Assembly: GCA_013239625.1 (NCBI GenBank)
Contig: MU054096.1
Span: 471,098 to 535,097 of the forward strand
From: Lama guanicoe
Lineage: Eukaryota
Direction of reading: 5' to 3'
Length of the DNA: 64,000 bases
Each line of letters opens with the position of its first letter. Positions within the stretch are counted from its first letter, which is position 1. Position numbers and translations under genes: made by a program. This document shows, one piece after another, positions 10,896-24,659 of the stretch. The notes under the pieces were generated by a model that was not told the origin of the DNA, did not search any database, and saw nothing but the letters and a program-made list of their open reading frames with translations.

Positions 10896-12236
10896 AAACT
10901 GAAAAAATGTTTTCAGAAAACAAAATTCAGAAATAGATTCACCTGTTTATTATAAGAGATATTGGTTGGAGAAAGAGAAGACCCAAGAATAGAAAAAATG
11001 GGGGGAAAATATGAACAAGCAGATTACACAAGGGAGGACATGAAATAAGTAGAAAGCTGTGGAAGTGGGTCTCTTTTCAGGAATTGCCCTGCAGGAGACA
11101 TACCCAAATGACTGTGGCAAAAATGGCCACACACACAATGTGACCCCACTCTCTTGGCCACTAGATGCCCCATAAGTCCTTTCTTCAGAAACTTGACTTT
11201 GGAATTGAAATCACTATGATTTTTCCCATGTAGCTGGAATGAAGACATGTAAACCTTTAGCCTGTGGACTGAGACACAGAGAAAGCTGGTTTGTGGTGGG
11301 AAAGAAATGTAAGCAAAGGAACAGAAAGAAGCAGAGATGGAAAAGAAATGGGGAGAGAGAGAGAGACCAACCTACAGACTTCAGTTTGTTTCTGAGGTCC
11401 TGGGAATAAATTTCCTGTCTTGCTTAAGCTTAATGTGGTTTGGCTACTTGCAAATAACAATACAAATAATTCTAACCAATATCTTTACAGTAATAGAAAA
11501 TAGATCATTCATTCACCTAATTTTTATTGGGCATCTTGGAGTTGAGGAACAGTGCTTTGAAAAAGACCAAGGCTACATCTTCCTGGAGTTTACAGCTGAG
11601 TGAAGGGAGAGCTACTGGGAAAGCAATCATGAGGAAGTAGAGATTTCCTTAAGATGTACGTCAGGACTGATACAGCCTTGCTGTGTCATTTAGAATAGAG
11701 GACTTACCAAAATAATAGTTTATCCATTTATACTTAGGGAAATCTCTTCCAAGCGTTTATCATGTTTTTGTCTTCTCTTTGGGCAGACCATTCTTTTACC
11801 GCTAAAATGAAATGCCTAAAGCCAACAACTTCATGATGGAAGGATGGAGAACCTAACAGCAGAATCTGGGACTCACAGTGTGACTTTGGGCATCAAAGAA
11901 GGTTTCCTATTTACTCCACCAAAAATAGCTTTTTGTCCCTGGTCGTAGATGAATGTCTCTCCTCCCAGTGACAAACATTAAGTGACTCGTGAGGCTGAAG
12001 CCAGAAGCACATGGACCCTGAAAAATTGTTACAGTTCTTGCATATACACCCGTGTTGCCCTTGACATGGTCCTGCTTTGATTCCAAAATCTACATGTGGA
12101 GAAATTTGTCATCATTTTCTTCCCTGAGACCTCACACTAAGGAATGTTGGAAAGGGATACAAACATGGTTGCATGGCTTTATCTTTTCCGATTTTTTTTT
12201 AAATCCATCATTTTAAAAAAGATGCTAAAGGATTTC

Positions 12237-14606
12237 GAATAATGCTGCAATGAACATAGGGGTACATAGTCTTTTCAGATCAGTGTTTTCCTTTTCTTTA
12301 GATAAACACTCAGGAGTGGAATTGCTGGATCCAGTGGTAGTTCTATTTTTCGTTTTTTAAGGACTCTCTATACTGTTTGCCATACTGGCTGCACCAGTTT
12401 ACATTCCCACCACATCCTTGCCAGACTTGCTCTCTTTGTGATGATAGCCATTCTGACAGGTGTAAGGTGGTATCATTGTGGTTTTGATTTGTATTTCCGT
12501 GATGATTAGTGATGCTGAGATCTCTTCATATGTCTGTTAGCCATCTGTGTGTCATGTCTCCTTTGGAAAAAAATAGCTATTCAGATTCTCAACCCATTTT
12601 TAAACTGGATTTTTTTTTTTTTTACTTTGAGTGTATACACATGTCCTTTGTATATTTTGGATTTTAACTCCTTATCGTATAGATTGCTTACAAGTATCTT
12701 CTTCCACTCAGTAGGTTGCCTTTTCATTATGTTGATATTTTCCTTTGCTGTGCAAAAAGTTTTTAGTTTGATGTAGCCCCATTTGTTTATTTTTGCCTTT
12801 GTTTCCCTTCCCTGTGGAGACAGATCCAAAATAATATTACTAAGACTGATGTAAAAGAATGTACTTCTAAGTTTTCTTCTAGAAGTTTTATGGTTTCAGG
12901 TCTTACCTTTAAATCTTTAATCCACTTTGAGTTTATTTTTGTAAATAGTGTGGGAACGTAGTCTAGTTTGATTTTTTAGCATGCAGCTTTGCAGTTTTCC
13001 CAGCACCACTTATTGAAGAGGCTGTCATTTCCCCATTGTATAATCTTGCCTCCTTGGTTGTAGATTAATTGACCATAAGTGTGTGGGTTTATTTCTGGGC
13101 TTTTTATTCTGTTCCATTGTTCGATGTGACTATTTTTGTGCTAGCATCATACTGTTTGTTTGTTTAGTACCACACTGTTTTGATGACCATAGCTTTGTAG
13201 TATAGTATGACATCAGGGAATGTGATACCTCCAGCTTTGTTCTTGCTCAAGGTTGTTTTCTCTATTAGGGGTCTCTGAGTTTCTACACAAATTTTGGGGT
13301 TACTTGTTATAGTTCTGTGAAAAAAATTGGTATTTTGATAGGGATTGCATTGAATCTGTAGATTGTCTTCGGGAGTATGGTCATTTTAACAAGATATAGA
13401 AGCAATCTAAGTGCCCATCAATAGATGAATGGATAAAGAAGATGTGGTACACAAATGATAAATGCTAGGGAGGCTGTGGAGAAAAGGGAACCCTCCTACA
13501 CTGCTGGTGGGAATGCAATTTGGTGCAGCCACTGTGAAAAGCAGTATGGAGATTCCTTAAAAAACTAAAAATAGACTTACCCTATGATCCAGCAATCCCC
13601 ACCCCTGGCTGTGTAGCTGGAGGGAACTCTAATTCAAAAAGAAACATGCATCCAAATGCTCATAGCAGCACTATTTGCAATAACCAAGATATGGAAACAA
13701 CCTAAATGTCCATGACAGATGACTGGATAAAGAAAATGTGGTACATATACACAATACAGTAGTACTCAGTCTTAAAAAAATGAATGAAAAGTGCCATTTG
13801 CAGCCATGGATGGACCTAGAGATTATCATTTTAAGTGAGGCAAATCAGACAGAGAAAGACAAATATCATATGATATCACTTATATGTGGAATCTAAAAAA
13901 CAAAACAAATAAACAAACAGAACAGAGCAGAAACAGAGTCTTGGATACAGAGAACAAACAAGTGGTTGCCAGAGCCGGGGGAGGGGAGAAAAATAGATGA
14001 GAGAGATTAAGAGGTTCAAACTTCCATTTACAAAATAAATGAGTCACAGACAGGAAAAGCACAGAGTGGGGACCACGGTCAATAACTATGTACTATCTTT
14101 GTGTGGTGACAGATGGTGACTAGGCTTATGGGGGTGATCATTTGGAATGCACAGAAATTTCAAAGTACTATGTTGTGCACCAGGAACTAACATGGTGTTG
14201 TAGGTTGATTTTACTTCAAAAACAAACTCCCAGAAAAAGCAAACTGATTTGTGGTTACCAGGGGTAGGGGGGGAGAGGGGGAATTGGATGAAAATATAAC
14301 CTTCCAGTCTTCCAGTTATAAGATGAGTAAGTACTAGGCAAGTCATGTACAACATGACAAATACAATTAATATTGCTGTAAGTTACACATTAAAGTTGTT
14401 GTGGGTAAATCCTAAGAGTTCTCAGAAAAACATTTTTCTTTGTTTCTTTTATTTTGTGTCTACATGAGATGAAGGATGTTCACTAAACTGATTGTGGTCA
14501 TCCCTTCATGATATATGGAAGTCAAATCATTGCGCTGCCTGCCTTAAAATTTTACATACAATTGCTGTATGTCAATTATATCTCAATAAAACTGGAAGAA
14601 AAAAAC
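12237..14606 (+). mobile_element. L1 (L1_Art-like 3'UTR) with 5' inversion: 12237-13390 antisense ORF2, 13391-14606 sense
   Basis: Minus-strand ORF 12581-12829 ([20 protein letters not shown]) is ORF2p; TSD AAGA(T/G)GCTA(A/G)AGGATTTC at 12219-12236 and 14607-14624. Confidence 0.9.
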
Positions 14607-15467
14607 AAGAGGCTAGAGGATTTCTTGTGATTTGGAGGTCTAGCTGCCAGCTTTGGAGCTGTTCAGAGCTGAAGACTCTAATACTGCGACCATACTGGAC
14701 CAGGACACACGCGTCTGGAATCAGAGAGACTGAGTTCAGACAGACAGCATCCTGACGCCAGTGTTGCCAGGTTGCTTCATCTTCCAGGTATTAGCTTACT
14801 GATCTGTAAAATGATGAGTTCCAGGTCTGTTCTGTGATTCTCTCAAAAGGGGTACAAAACTGCCAAGCACAAACAGGAGATGGGAGGAGAGCATTTCGTG
14901 TCGGAGCTGCCTTGCCCTCAGACTCCAAGTTGGTGTGAAACCCTGGACCGCGGGGGCAGGAGAGAAGCCAGGCTCAGCTCACACCAACAAACGTGTTATA
15001 GCCAGAGGATGTGTCACCCTGGTTACAGACCAGAGGAATTAAAGGCTGGAGCCAGCAGCTGTGAAGAATGTCACGAGGAGGCCATCTGATTGCGCCGGGA
15101 GTGCTCTGAGTGAAGGGTGTCAGCTCCTAAGGGAAGGTCAGCCGCATTTCCAATGTTCAGCGGCGGGGCTTGGCTGGAGGGACCCGCAGACACACAGGTG
15201 CCGGGAAATGTCTATTCCTTGCAGCGTGCACCAGGACAGGGTGGCTCCAAGTGTCAGGTGATGTGTCGCATGGACAGCTGGGTCACCATGGGACAGGACA
15301 GCAAATCCTGGCAAGGCAGTGGGCTCTGGGAAGCTGAGGACTTAGTATATATTAGGACTTTTTCCTTCCTCTTTCTCCTTTTTTTCTCCAAGAGAGGACT
15401 GACGGGGGCAGGCAGATGGGTTCAGGGTTCCTTGACTGTCTTCAGAGGTGCTCTATTTTCACTGTCA

Positions 15468-15670
15468 CTTTTTTTAATGAAAAATTTTTTTTTAAATTTT
15501 TTAATTGAAGCATAGTTGATTTACAATGTTGTATCAATTTCTGATGTACAGCATAGTGATTCTGTTATTCATATATAATATTCCTCCTCATTCTCTTTTG
15601 TAATATAGGCTATTACAAGATATTGAATATAGTTCCCTGTGCTGTACAGTAGGACCTTATTGTTTACCTG
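15468..15670 (-). mobile_element. Short L1 3' end with TSD
   Basis: T-rich tail, ATTGAAGCATAGTTGATTTACAATG..GTTCCCTGTGCTGTACAGTAGG; TSD TATTTTCACTG at 15454-15464 and 15671-15681. Confidence 0.82.
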
Positions 15671-15797
15671 TATTTTCACTGGTTCTTATATCAAGCTCCA
15701 ATGTGACATGTTGATTAAGAAATTATTCCACTGTTCAAAATAAACTAATAAGGGAAAATAAGACCAGGAAAGCCAAACTTCACCAGTTAGATTTTGT

Positions 15798-15905
15798 TCA
15801 AATGCTGATTCTAAGTCAGCAGGTCCGGGGTGGAGCCTGAGAGTCTGCCTTTCTAACAAGCTCCCGGGTGAGACCCAGGCTGCTGGTCTGTGGACCACAC
15901 CTGGG
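15798..15905. mobile_element. MER5A fragment
   Basis: ATGCTGATTCTAAGTCAGCAGGTCCGGGGTGGAGCCTGAGAGTCTGCCTTTCTAACAAGCTCCC. Confidence 0.8.
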
Positions 15906-16009
15906 ATTTCTGGATGAACATCTGGCAGCCACACCATTCTTAGGATCCTTCCCACTCTTGTATGTGCCTTTATTTTTGAGTTTTGAGTATGTGTTACCTT
16001 TGTCTATTT

Positions 16010-16730
16010 TTAAACAGCTTTATTGAGATTTAATTTACATGTCATTCAGTTCACCCTTTTAATGTATACAATTCAGTGGGTTACTAGTATATTCACAGAG
16101 TTGTACAACCACCACTATCTAATTTTAGAACACTTTCATCACCCCCAAAAGAAACTTGTCATGGTTAATTTATGTGTCAACTTGCCTGGGCCATGGGGTG
16201 CTCAGATCTTTGGTCAAACATTCTTCTGAGTATTTCTGTGAGGGTGTTTAAACTGGCAGACTGAGTAAATCAGCTAGCTCTCTCTAATGTGAGTGACTCT
16301 CATCCCATCAAACAAAGGACACAGAATGAAACACCAGCTCTTCCTGTGTCTGGAGCTATACCATCGGGTCTCCTAGGTCCCAGTTGCCAACTCACACCAG
16401 CAGATTTTGGGACTTGTCAGCCTCTGTAGTCATGTTAGCCAATTCTTCATAATAAATAGAAATTTAAAATGTGTGTATACATATACATATATCCTAAATG
16501 GTTCTGTTTCTTTGGAGAACTGTGGCTAATCCAAAACCCTGTAACCATTAGCACTCACTCCCAATTCCCTGCTCCCCCCAGCCCTTGGCAACCACTAATC
16601 TACTTTCTGCCTCTATGGATTTGCTTATTCTGGACATTTCATGTAAATGGAATCAAAAGATATGTGGCCTTTTGCAAATGCCTTTTTTTTTCCACTCAGC
16701 ATGATGTCTTAAAGGGTCATCTGTGTTGTA
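16010..16730 (-). mobile_element. Old L1 3' end (L1MB-like), split by an MLT2 LTR
   Basis: ACAGCTTTATTGAGAT..ATCACCCCCAAAAGAAAC then CCTGTAACCATTAGC..GGCAACCACTAATCTACTTTCTG. Confidence 0.8.
16157..16533 (+). mobile_element. ERVL solo LTR, MLT2B-like
   Basis: TGTCATGGTTAATTTATGTGTCAACTTG..GGTTCTGTTTCTTTGGAGAAC..CTAATCCA; 5-bp TSD AAACT/AAACC. Confidence 0.85.
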
Positions 16731-18019
16731 CCAGGAATTATCTACTGTCCACTCTTTGCAGCCCTTTGCAACCCAGCCTCAGGTCTCACCAGTGACCCAG
16801 GCAGAGGAAAGGCATTGTTAATTGCTGTCTCTCCAGCACCAAGAACAGCGCCTGAAACATATTAAGCGTTGAGTGGATAGCTGGTCAAGGAATGTATGAA
16901 ACATAGTGGCTGCTGGGCTAGAGGCAGCAGAGAGCAAGTTCAAGGGCAGAGACAGGGAAGGTGGCCAGGAAGTTTAGTGTATATGCAGGGAGTGGTGGGG
17001 CGAGGTGGTGGTGGTTGCTTTAACAGCTACAGAGATGCTGCTAAGGCGGGGGTTGGAAGCATGTCTATGTGGCTTCTCAGTGAACCCAGTTACCTGGGCC
17101 AGGCTTTCAGAGCAACTAGCTTTACTTCAGAGCTGTTTCAAGAAGGTCAAGTTCATTGATGCATCATCTCACATTGTCCCCTGAAAAATGGAAAAAAAAT
17201 TTTAAAGGAAAAATATTCCACTTGATCAACATAATTCATTTTCTTTATCTTCCCTCCCTGCCCTTCCCCTCTTTTCCAAGTTGGTTTGCTCTGCAATACG
17301 CTCCCGGTGATGAGTTGCAGGAACATACAATCTTAATTTGTTTTCTCCTAAATATTTCAGAACAAAACTCCTGTATCTAGAGGAATATGGTTGGGGCCAT
17401 TAATAAAGAAAATCTTTCTATTTAAAAAAAAAATGCACTGGTTATGGGTGTCTGTTTCAGCTTTAAGAACCTGCCATGGCAGTCTTAGGAGATGTGGAAT
17501 GGTTGACATAAAAATAAGTCTGAAAACAAGGTATTTTGGTCTGAACTCAATTCAGTTATATCCAGCAAATATCACTTGCATATCTTCTATATGGATATAA
17601 GGATGAACAGGACAGATGCTTTAAAAAGTCTGTAATCTAATCTCTGCCACTAACTTCTTGAAAATAATCTTTGAAGCATTTAAAACAGGCACGATTTAGT
17701 CATACCTGGTGAACAAAATCTCTTGAACTACAGTTTAAAACCACACTTTGATCATGTTTCTTCCAAAATTTTATGTGTCTAAATAATGTCATTTCATTTT
17801 TAGATGAGCACTAAAATACGAGGGCTAGCACACTGAAGTGTTAGGCAGCAAACCTGAGTCCAAAGGCTACCTGCCTTCCACTGCGTCCCTTTCTACCTTC
17901 TTACCATTTCTATACGCAGATCCAACCATGCTTAAAACCCTCTATGACCAGCTGACTTTTGCACAGTCACCCTCTTCATTTATGGAGTGGTAACAAAAGC
18001 AACCAGCTGTGTGTTACTC

Positions 18020-19200
18020 ACAAGAGACACACCAGAAATGAAATGACACAGAAAGGCTTAAAATAAAGGGAACAGAGACATACTCTCCAATACTAACAAA
18101 AGACATTAGGTGTGCAATATTAAAAGCAGACTAAACAGAATTTCAGTTAAAAAAGTTAATTAAAAAGGGGGTTTTATATTGACAAAGGGGTAAATACATT
18201 AAGAAATGATCAGTTACAAACCTTGAAACTACTAGTGCATCAAACGAAAAGAGTAGAATTTGAGGGACAAATTAATAAAACCACAAGCACAATGGGGGCA
18301 AATAAGTTACCATTCTCAAAATCTGAGAGATAAAGAAGGTGAGCTATAAGAGTATAATGAGTAAGAATAGCATAATTAACATTTTAGCACAATTCACTTT
18401 TAGATATAATATTATATATATACACACATATATATATGCGTGTCTCAAACAAAAGCAAATTCACGTCATTTTCAAATATCCATGGAACAATGGAAAACTT
18501 GGCAATGTATGAACACCAAAGAAAAATCATAATAGTCTCCAAAGCAGAAATCACAAAGATCATAGTCTCTGACTGCATTTTAATAACACTAGAAATTAAC
18601 AAGAAAATAAAAGCTGAAAAAAGATAAATTCATTTTAAAACTGAAAATAGTCATGTACAATGGGAATTAGATATATGATTAAAGCGCAGAAAAGATAAAT
18701 AACTTCCTAAAAATTATTGCTGAGGTAATTGATTATACAGTCAGAGAAAAAAATAAAGTTAACATCCCAACTTCTTTTCATCACAAACACAAAAAATTCC
18801 AGGTGAATTTGCAAAGGAAATGTGTTTTTAAAAACTATTAAAATCCTAGGCCAAAATGTAAATAATTATTATATAATCCTGGCATGAAAGTCATGGAATA
18901 CAGAAACAAGAAAGGTAAAATTTGATTGATTTTATTATGTAAAATAAAACAAAAACTTACTTTCAGATGGCAAATAAAAATTTAAAAATTTGCAATCCAT
19001 GTAAGACAAGGGGTAACTATCAGTACAACTGGGGAAATTAATAAGTGAAAGTCCAACAGCCCAATAGGAATGAAATGGCCAGAGGATGTTACTGGATGAG
19101 AGATGTATGAGCCTGGTCTTTGGACCAAATTCAGCATTGAAAGCAGTCCATGGAAAGGTACTAAAGATGTATACACTGAGGATGCCAACATTTCCACTCT
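18020..19200 (+). mobile_element. Ancient degraded L1 ORF2 fragments
   Basis: A-rich; ORF 18436-18627 (FTSFSNIHGT..EITKIIVSDC..ITLEINKK) resembles the ORF2p endonuclease region. Confidence 0.65.
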
Positions 19201-19897
19201 CCCTGAAGCCGTGTGAAGATGTTCCTCTCTAGTTAATCCCATGGAAATGGAAACCAGCTCTAGAGAAAAGTACTAAGATTCTTAGTGCTCCCAGCTGTTT
19301 AGTCTCAGAATAACGTCCTCTTATCTTATTCTGCATCAAAAACTGCTGATCAAAGTGGTGATACATTAAGGGTGTAGCTGAAATGTCACCAGAAAATGGA
19401 CCAGAAAAGAAATGATTCCATTTTTAAAGGCACAGTTTATTGCATGTGACTTTGGAAATGTTACATGCTTCCCTAACCTCCTCGTGTACCGATTTCCTCA
19501 TCAGCAAAATGGAGACAGAGTTCTTGTCTGCCACGTACAGCCTGGGGCTGCCGTGACAACTGAATCATGGGACAGCCATTTGGAAATGGCTACTCTGCAA
19601 TGAAGACAACAGCGACGAGAAGAAACACAAGCTTTTGAAGACAACAAGTCATTTTGAAAGACTGAAATTTTGCAGTCTTTTGGAAAAGTTTGGAGAGATT
19701 AGGGAATACATTTGTCCCCTGGTTTATACACAGAAAAAAAATGGGACATGGGGAATTGAGGTAACTTACCTCAATTCAACAGGTTGTTTTCCTTTGTGTG
19801 TTTTCTCTAGAATACTGTAATAGTATTTGTGTTCATTAAAACTACAAAAGGAAGCCAGTCATCCTTAAACTGAAATCACATTTTATTTAAAAGGCAT

Positions 19898-21570
19898 TGT
19901 GGGTTGAGTTGTATCACTTGAAAATTCATATGTTGAAGTCCTAACCTCCCAGTATGTCATACTGTGACTATTTTGGGAGACGGGGTCTTTAAAAAGGTAA
20001 TTAAGTTAAAATGAAGTTATTACATTTGGTCCTAATCTGAGTAGTGTCCTTACAAGAAGAGGATGTTGGAGACATACAGGATCAGAAGAGGACCATGTTC
20101 AGGGAAAACACATGTGGAAGAATGAAATTGGACCCTCACCTTGTATTACCCACAAAAATCAACTCTAGTTAAAGACTTCAACATAAGATCTGAAACTATA
20201 AAACTCCTAGAAGCAAAAAGCTGGGGAAAACTTTCATGACATTAGTCTTGGCAATGATTTCTTGGATATGACACAAAAAGTATACACAACAAAAGCAAAA
20301 ATACACAAATTGAACTACATCAAATTAAAAGTTTTCACACAGCAAAGGAAACAATCAACTGGGTGAAAAGGCAACTTAGAGAATGAAGGAAATACTTGAA
20401 AATAACCCATCTGATAAAGAATTAAAATCCCCCAAATATAAGATACTCTTATAACTCAATAGCAAAAAAAGTAAATAAACTGACTAAGAATGGGCCAAAA
20501 GAGTTGAATAGGTATTTCCCCAAAGAAGATAAAAAATAGCCAACAAATATGAAGAAAAATACTAACATTAAGCATAGTATAAAGTATAATATATAAAAAA
20601 GATGCTCAATATCACTAATCATCAGGGAAATGCAAATCAAAATCACAATAAGATACACCTCACACCTGTTAGGATGGCTACTATCAGAAATCAAAAGAAA
20701 ACAAGTGTTGGGGAGAATATGGAGGAACTGAAACTTGTATACTTAGGTGGAAATGTAAAATGGTGCAGCTGCTACTGAGAACAGTATGGATGTTCCTCCA
20801 AAAAATTAAAACTAGAACCACAAAACGATCCAGCAATCCCACTTCTGGGTATATATCCAAAAGACTTGAAATCAGTATCTCAAAGAGAGATTTTTCACTC
20901 CCATGATCATTGCAGCATTAATCACAATAGTCAAGGTATGGAATCAACCTAAACGCCCACTGAGTTGAATGAACAAAACAATGGTGGTATATATATGCAG
21001 TGGAATATTATGCAGCCTTTAAAAAGGAAATCTTGCTATAGACAACAATGTGGGTGAATCTGGAGGACTCTAAGCTGAGTGAGAGAAGCCAATTATAGAA
21101 GAACCAGTACCATATGATTCCACTTATATGTTGTATCTGAAAGGGTCAGACTCACAGAAACAATGTAGAGCAGTGATTGACAAGGGCAGTGGGGAAAGGG
21201 CAATGAGGAGTTGTTGGTCAATGAATATATAGTTTCAATTAGGCAAGATGAACAAGTCTAGAGGTCTGCATGGGTAACAGACACTGTGCCAGTCATTAAC
21301 AAGACCGTACTGTGCACTTAGAAAGTCATCAAGAGGATAGATCTCATGTTTAGCATTCTTACCACAATTTAAAAAGTTGTTTTAAATGTAAAAGAAAAAA
21401 GAGAAAAAGAAAATGGGCGTCTATATGCTAAGAAGAGAGGAAGAAATCAGTTCTCCTGACACCTTAAACTTGCACTTCTTGCCTCCAGAGCTGTGAGAAA
21501 AGAAATTTTTTGTTGTTTCCGCCATGCAGTCTTGGATACTTTGTTACAGCAGCTGAGCTGACGGACCCAG
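19898..21570 (+). mobile_element. MaLR solo LTR (MLT1A/B-like), halves at about 19898-20108 and 21410-21570, split by an L1
   Basis: ATTCATATGTTGAAGTCCTAACC..GTCCTTACAAGAAGAGG; then CTGACACCTT..GCCTCCAGAGCTGTGAGAAAAGAAATT..TTTGTTACAGCAGC. Confidence 0.8.
20109..21410 (+). mobile_element. L1 (L1MA9/10 to L1MB-like) ORF2 end and 3'UTR
   Basis: GAATGAAATTGGACCCTC..CAGCAATCCCACTTCTGGGTATATATCC..GATCTCATGTTTAGCATTCTTACCACAAT plus A tail. Confidence 0.88.
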
Positions 21571-21619
21571 AAGGCCTTCTTCTAGTCTGTTTTCTTTTTC
21601 TTTTAAAACATTTTTTTTC

Positions 21620-21760
21620 AAACGCTTTATTGCGGTATGATTCTAGTACAGCAAACTACACATATCTCAGATGGACCATTTGAGGGATTTTGATAGATGT
21701 CTATACCCACGAAACACCACCACAATCAAGATAGCGAACATTTCCATCACTCCCCAAGAG
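21620..21760 (-). mobile_element. Old L1 3' end fragment
   Basis: CTTTATTGCGGTATGATT..CACCACAATCAAGATAGCGAACATTTCCATCAC. Confidence 0.65.
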
Positions 21761-22282
21761 GAGCAAGGTTTCTAAGGGGATACGTTACCAAGCTGCATGA
21801 ACGTGGGCGATGACATGTCTGTTTTACAGAATTAGGAGAATTGTTCTTTCTTGCTTGAGAACAAGTCATACCTAGAAAGGGACTTCCTGAGCCCTGGATG
21901 CGTGTACATTCTGGTTAACTGGAGGTGAAGGATGGAGACTGTATTTCAGTTGATGGTAATGTTTTCTATACTTACATGTCCTGGTTACGCACACTCATGG
22001 GCTTGGCAGATTTTCTTAAATCATCAGCTGCATATGCCCCATTAATAAACAAGTGACATGTGGAGAGGTGACAGTGGTACGAGTTATAAATAGACTGTCT
22101 AGACCCTGGGGGTACGGGAGGGAGGAGAGCATGAGGCTTTGACGAACCAGACCGTGGTGGGGGCAGTAACCACTTCGTGGCCAAGCACCACGGAATCTTT
22201 TCACATGAAACAAGTCAAACTCCTTGAAAGTTTGTAAACTTGGAAATTGTTCTAGACCATGGCCAGGGAAGAATGTCTGTAA

Positions 22283-22547
22283 CAGTGCTCCTCAAATGTA
22301 ATGTGCTTATGAATTACCTGGGGAATCTTATAAAATGCAGATTCTTGGGGTGAGGTGGGTAGATCTCAGTGCTAAAGCAAGTGCTTAGCATGCATGAGAT
22401 ACTGGGTTCAATCCCCAGTACCTCCATTAAAAAAAAAAAACCTAATCACCACCCCCCAAAAAAACCCCAAGACCAACAAAAAACCAACCAAAAACTGCAG
22501 ATTCTGGGTCTGGCAGGTCTGGGGTAGGGCATGAGATTCTGCACTTC
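22283..22547. mobile_element. MER5A, interrupted by a SINE
   Basis: CAGTGCTCCTCAAA..AAAATGCAGATTCT then GGTCTGGGGTAGGGCATGAGATTCTGCA. Confidence 0.75.
22346..22491 (+). mobile_element. vic-1-like SINE with TSD
   Basis: CTCAGTG..GCTTAGCATGCATGAG..GGGTTCAATCCCCAGTACCTCC; TSD AAA(A/C)TGCAGATTCT at 22332-22345 and 22492-22505. Confidence 0.85.
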
Positions 22548-22700
22548 TTTTTTTTTTAATGTTTTGTTTTGTTTTATTGTTTTTAGTTTGAGGGGTGGTA
22601 ATTAGGTTTTTATTTATTTAACGGAGACACTGGGGATTGAACCCGGGACCTCCTCCAAGCTAGGCATGTGCTCTGCCACTGAGCTCTACCCTCTCTCCTC
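22548..22700 (-). mobile_element. vic-1-like SINE
   Basis: T-rich tail, GGTAATTAGGTTT, CTGGGGATTGAACCC..CCACTGAGCTCTACCC. Confidence 0.85.
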
Positions 22701-23695
22701 CAAACCCACTTTGTTTTTGGAGATCCAGTCTTGACTTGATGTCAAGACCAAACAAGATTTGCTCATTAACAATCCTCCTGTCCTCTGCGGAACACACATC
22801 CTCATCTTCCTGTTGGTGAACTGACCATTTCCCCTCAAACCGCCGACCCACAGCCCTTCTAGAAGCTACAGGCTGTCTTCATGCATTAAATAACCACTCT
22901 GAGGCCCTGTCTTTCAAAAGCCCAGAGAGGTCTTCAATCGTCTTTTGAGTTTGGGCCCAGGATGGTTTTCATCTGATTCCTCTGCTGAGCCCATTCCACT
23001 CAGAGACCACAAAGCGAGAAAGGTCTCATTTTTCCATTTACCAAAAGATCTACAATTGCAGATAGAATCACACCCCAGAGGTTGAGAAACAGCACTCCTG
23101 TGAATTCCCAAGAGAAAGACAAATTGTTGTTTGTTTTTCCCCCTGGCTTGTGGTTCTTTTTAACTCACTAGCTTAGCAAAGCACAGAAACTAAGGAAATA
23201 GAGTTTTACAGCTAGATGTTTTTCAGCACTGCATTTGAAGAGAACACTTTATTGGGTTCTTCCTCCACCTCCCTGACACTCCATTTAACGTGTACATTCC
23301 TCAGTTCAAAGTGACTGTGTACTTTGGCATAACTCTTTCAGAGTTCCAACCCAATTCTCTGCAGAGAAATAGGACGGGGTTCAGAATCCACAGAGTTCAG
23401 TGCCCAGGGTGGCTAAAAAAGAAAAAGGCTGGGAGAAAAGGGATGCCTGTTGGCATCTCTGCCATCACACCCCATAGCACCTGCTCAATGTTCTCAAGAA
23501 ATTAGGAATTCTTAACAAATTAGGGATGGAGACTTTGGCTACTTCCATGACTACCTGGAATGAGCCGTCTGAGTTCCTGCTAGTCACATTTCTTCTGGTC
23601 CTGATGACACTAACTCTTCCATTGCAAACCTTCCCTCCTTCCTTGGTGGTTTTAAAAATTACTTTTTAAGAGATGCAACATAGGATCACATTGTC

Positions 23696-24030
23696 TTTAT
23701 TTCATTTATTTATTTATTTTACTTGAAGTATATTGTCAGTTACAATGTGTCAGTTTCTGGTGTCCAGCATCATCATGTCCCAGTCATACATGCACATACA
23801 TATATTCCTTTTCATATTCTTTTTCATTATAGATTACTACAAGGTATTGAATATAGTTTCCTGTGCTATACAGAAGAAATTTGTGGGGGGGGTTAAATCA
23901 ATTTTTATATATAGTCGTTATTAACTATTAAATTAAATTATAGCAGTTATTAACTATCAATTTAAACTAATGAATTAAAATTAAAATTAATTTAAAATAT
24001 TAAATTGTATTTGCACATCTCAAACTCCCA
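23696..24030 (-). mobile_element. Young L1 3' end with internal AT-rich low-complexity expansion (about 23915-24007)
   Basis: CAGTTACAATGTGTCAGTTTCTGGTG..CCCAGTCAT..GCACATCTCAAACTCCCA. Confidence 0.82.
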
Positions 24031-24659
24031 GCCAATTATCTTTAAACCAAAGCAGGGGGAGGGTCCAGCTGAGCTTTGAAATACCAGCTCTGTCTCCATC
24101 CTTCCAGGCAGGAAAAAGGGGGATTTCAGCTTGGATTGGGAACAGATAGCTGGTCTGAACAGCAGAAAACCCAAAAGCAGAGGAAGCTGGGCAGTGTGCA
24201 GTGAAGAGCGTTTGGGGAAACCAGTGCTATTCTCAAGGAAAGTGGTCATCCTGCCAGTATTTTTTCTAACTTTTGCATGTCCCTGAGCACATATTATTTA
24301 CCAGCCATGCTGACTGCAAGGAGAAATCCTGTGAGTATAATCACCTCTCCTTTCTGCCCAACATTCTAAGCATGGGTATTCTTTCCAGAAAATCTTAACA
24401 TCGGAACCCACTGACCAAAACAGAGCTCAGTATTTCAAGAGTTACTACAAATCATCTAATGACTAAAGATTCCAATCAGTCTGAGCAAGACAGACCTTAA
24501 TCAACGTCCTTGTGAATTGATATGTTGGGAGCTTGTTTCCAAACTTCAGAAAAGGAGCTCGATTTTTAAAAAATAATAATTAAAAAAATCACCAGTCTTT
24601 GCCCTTTCTCCCTACCCCGTCTTCCATCTCTATCTCTCATTGGCATTGTTGTCAGTCTT

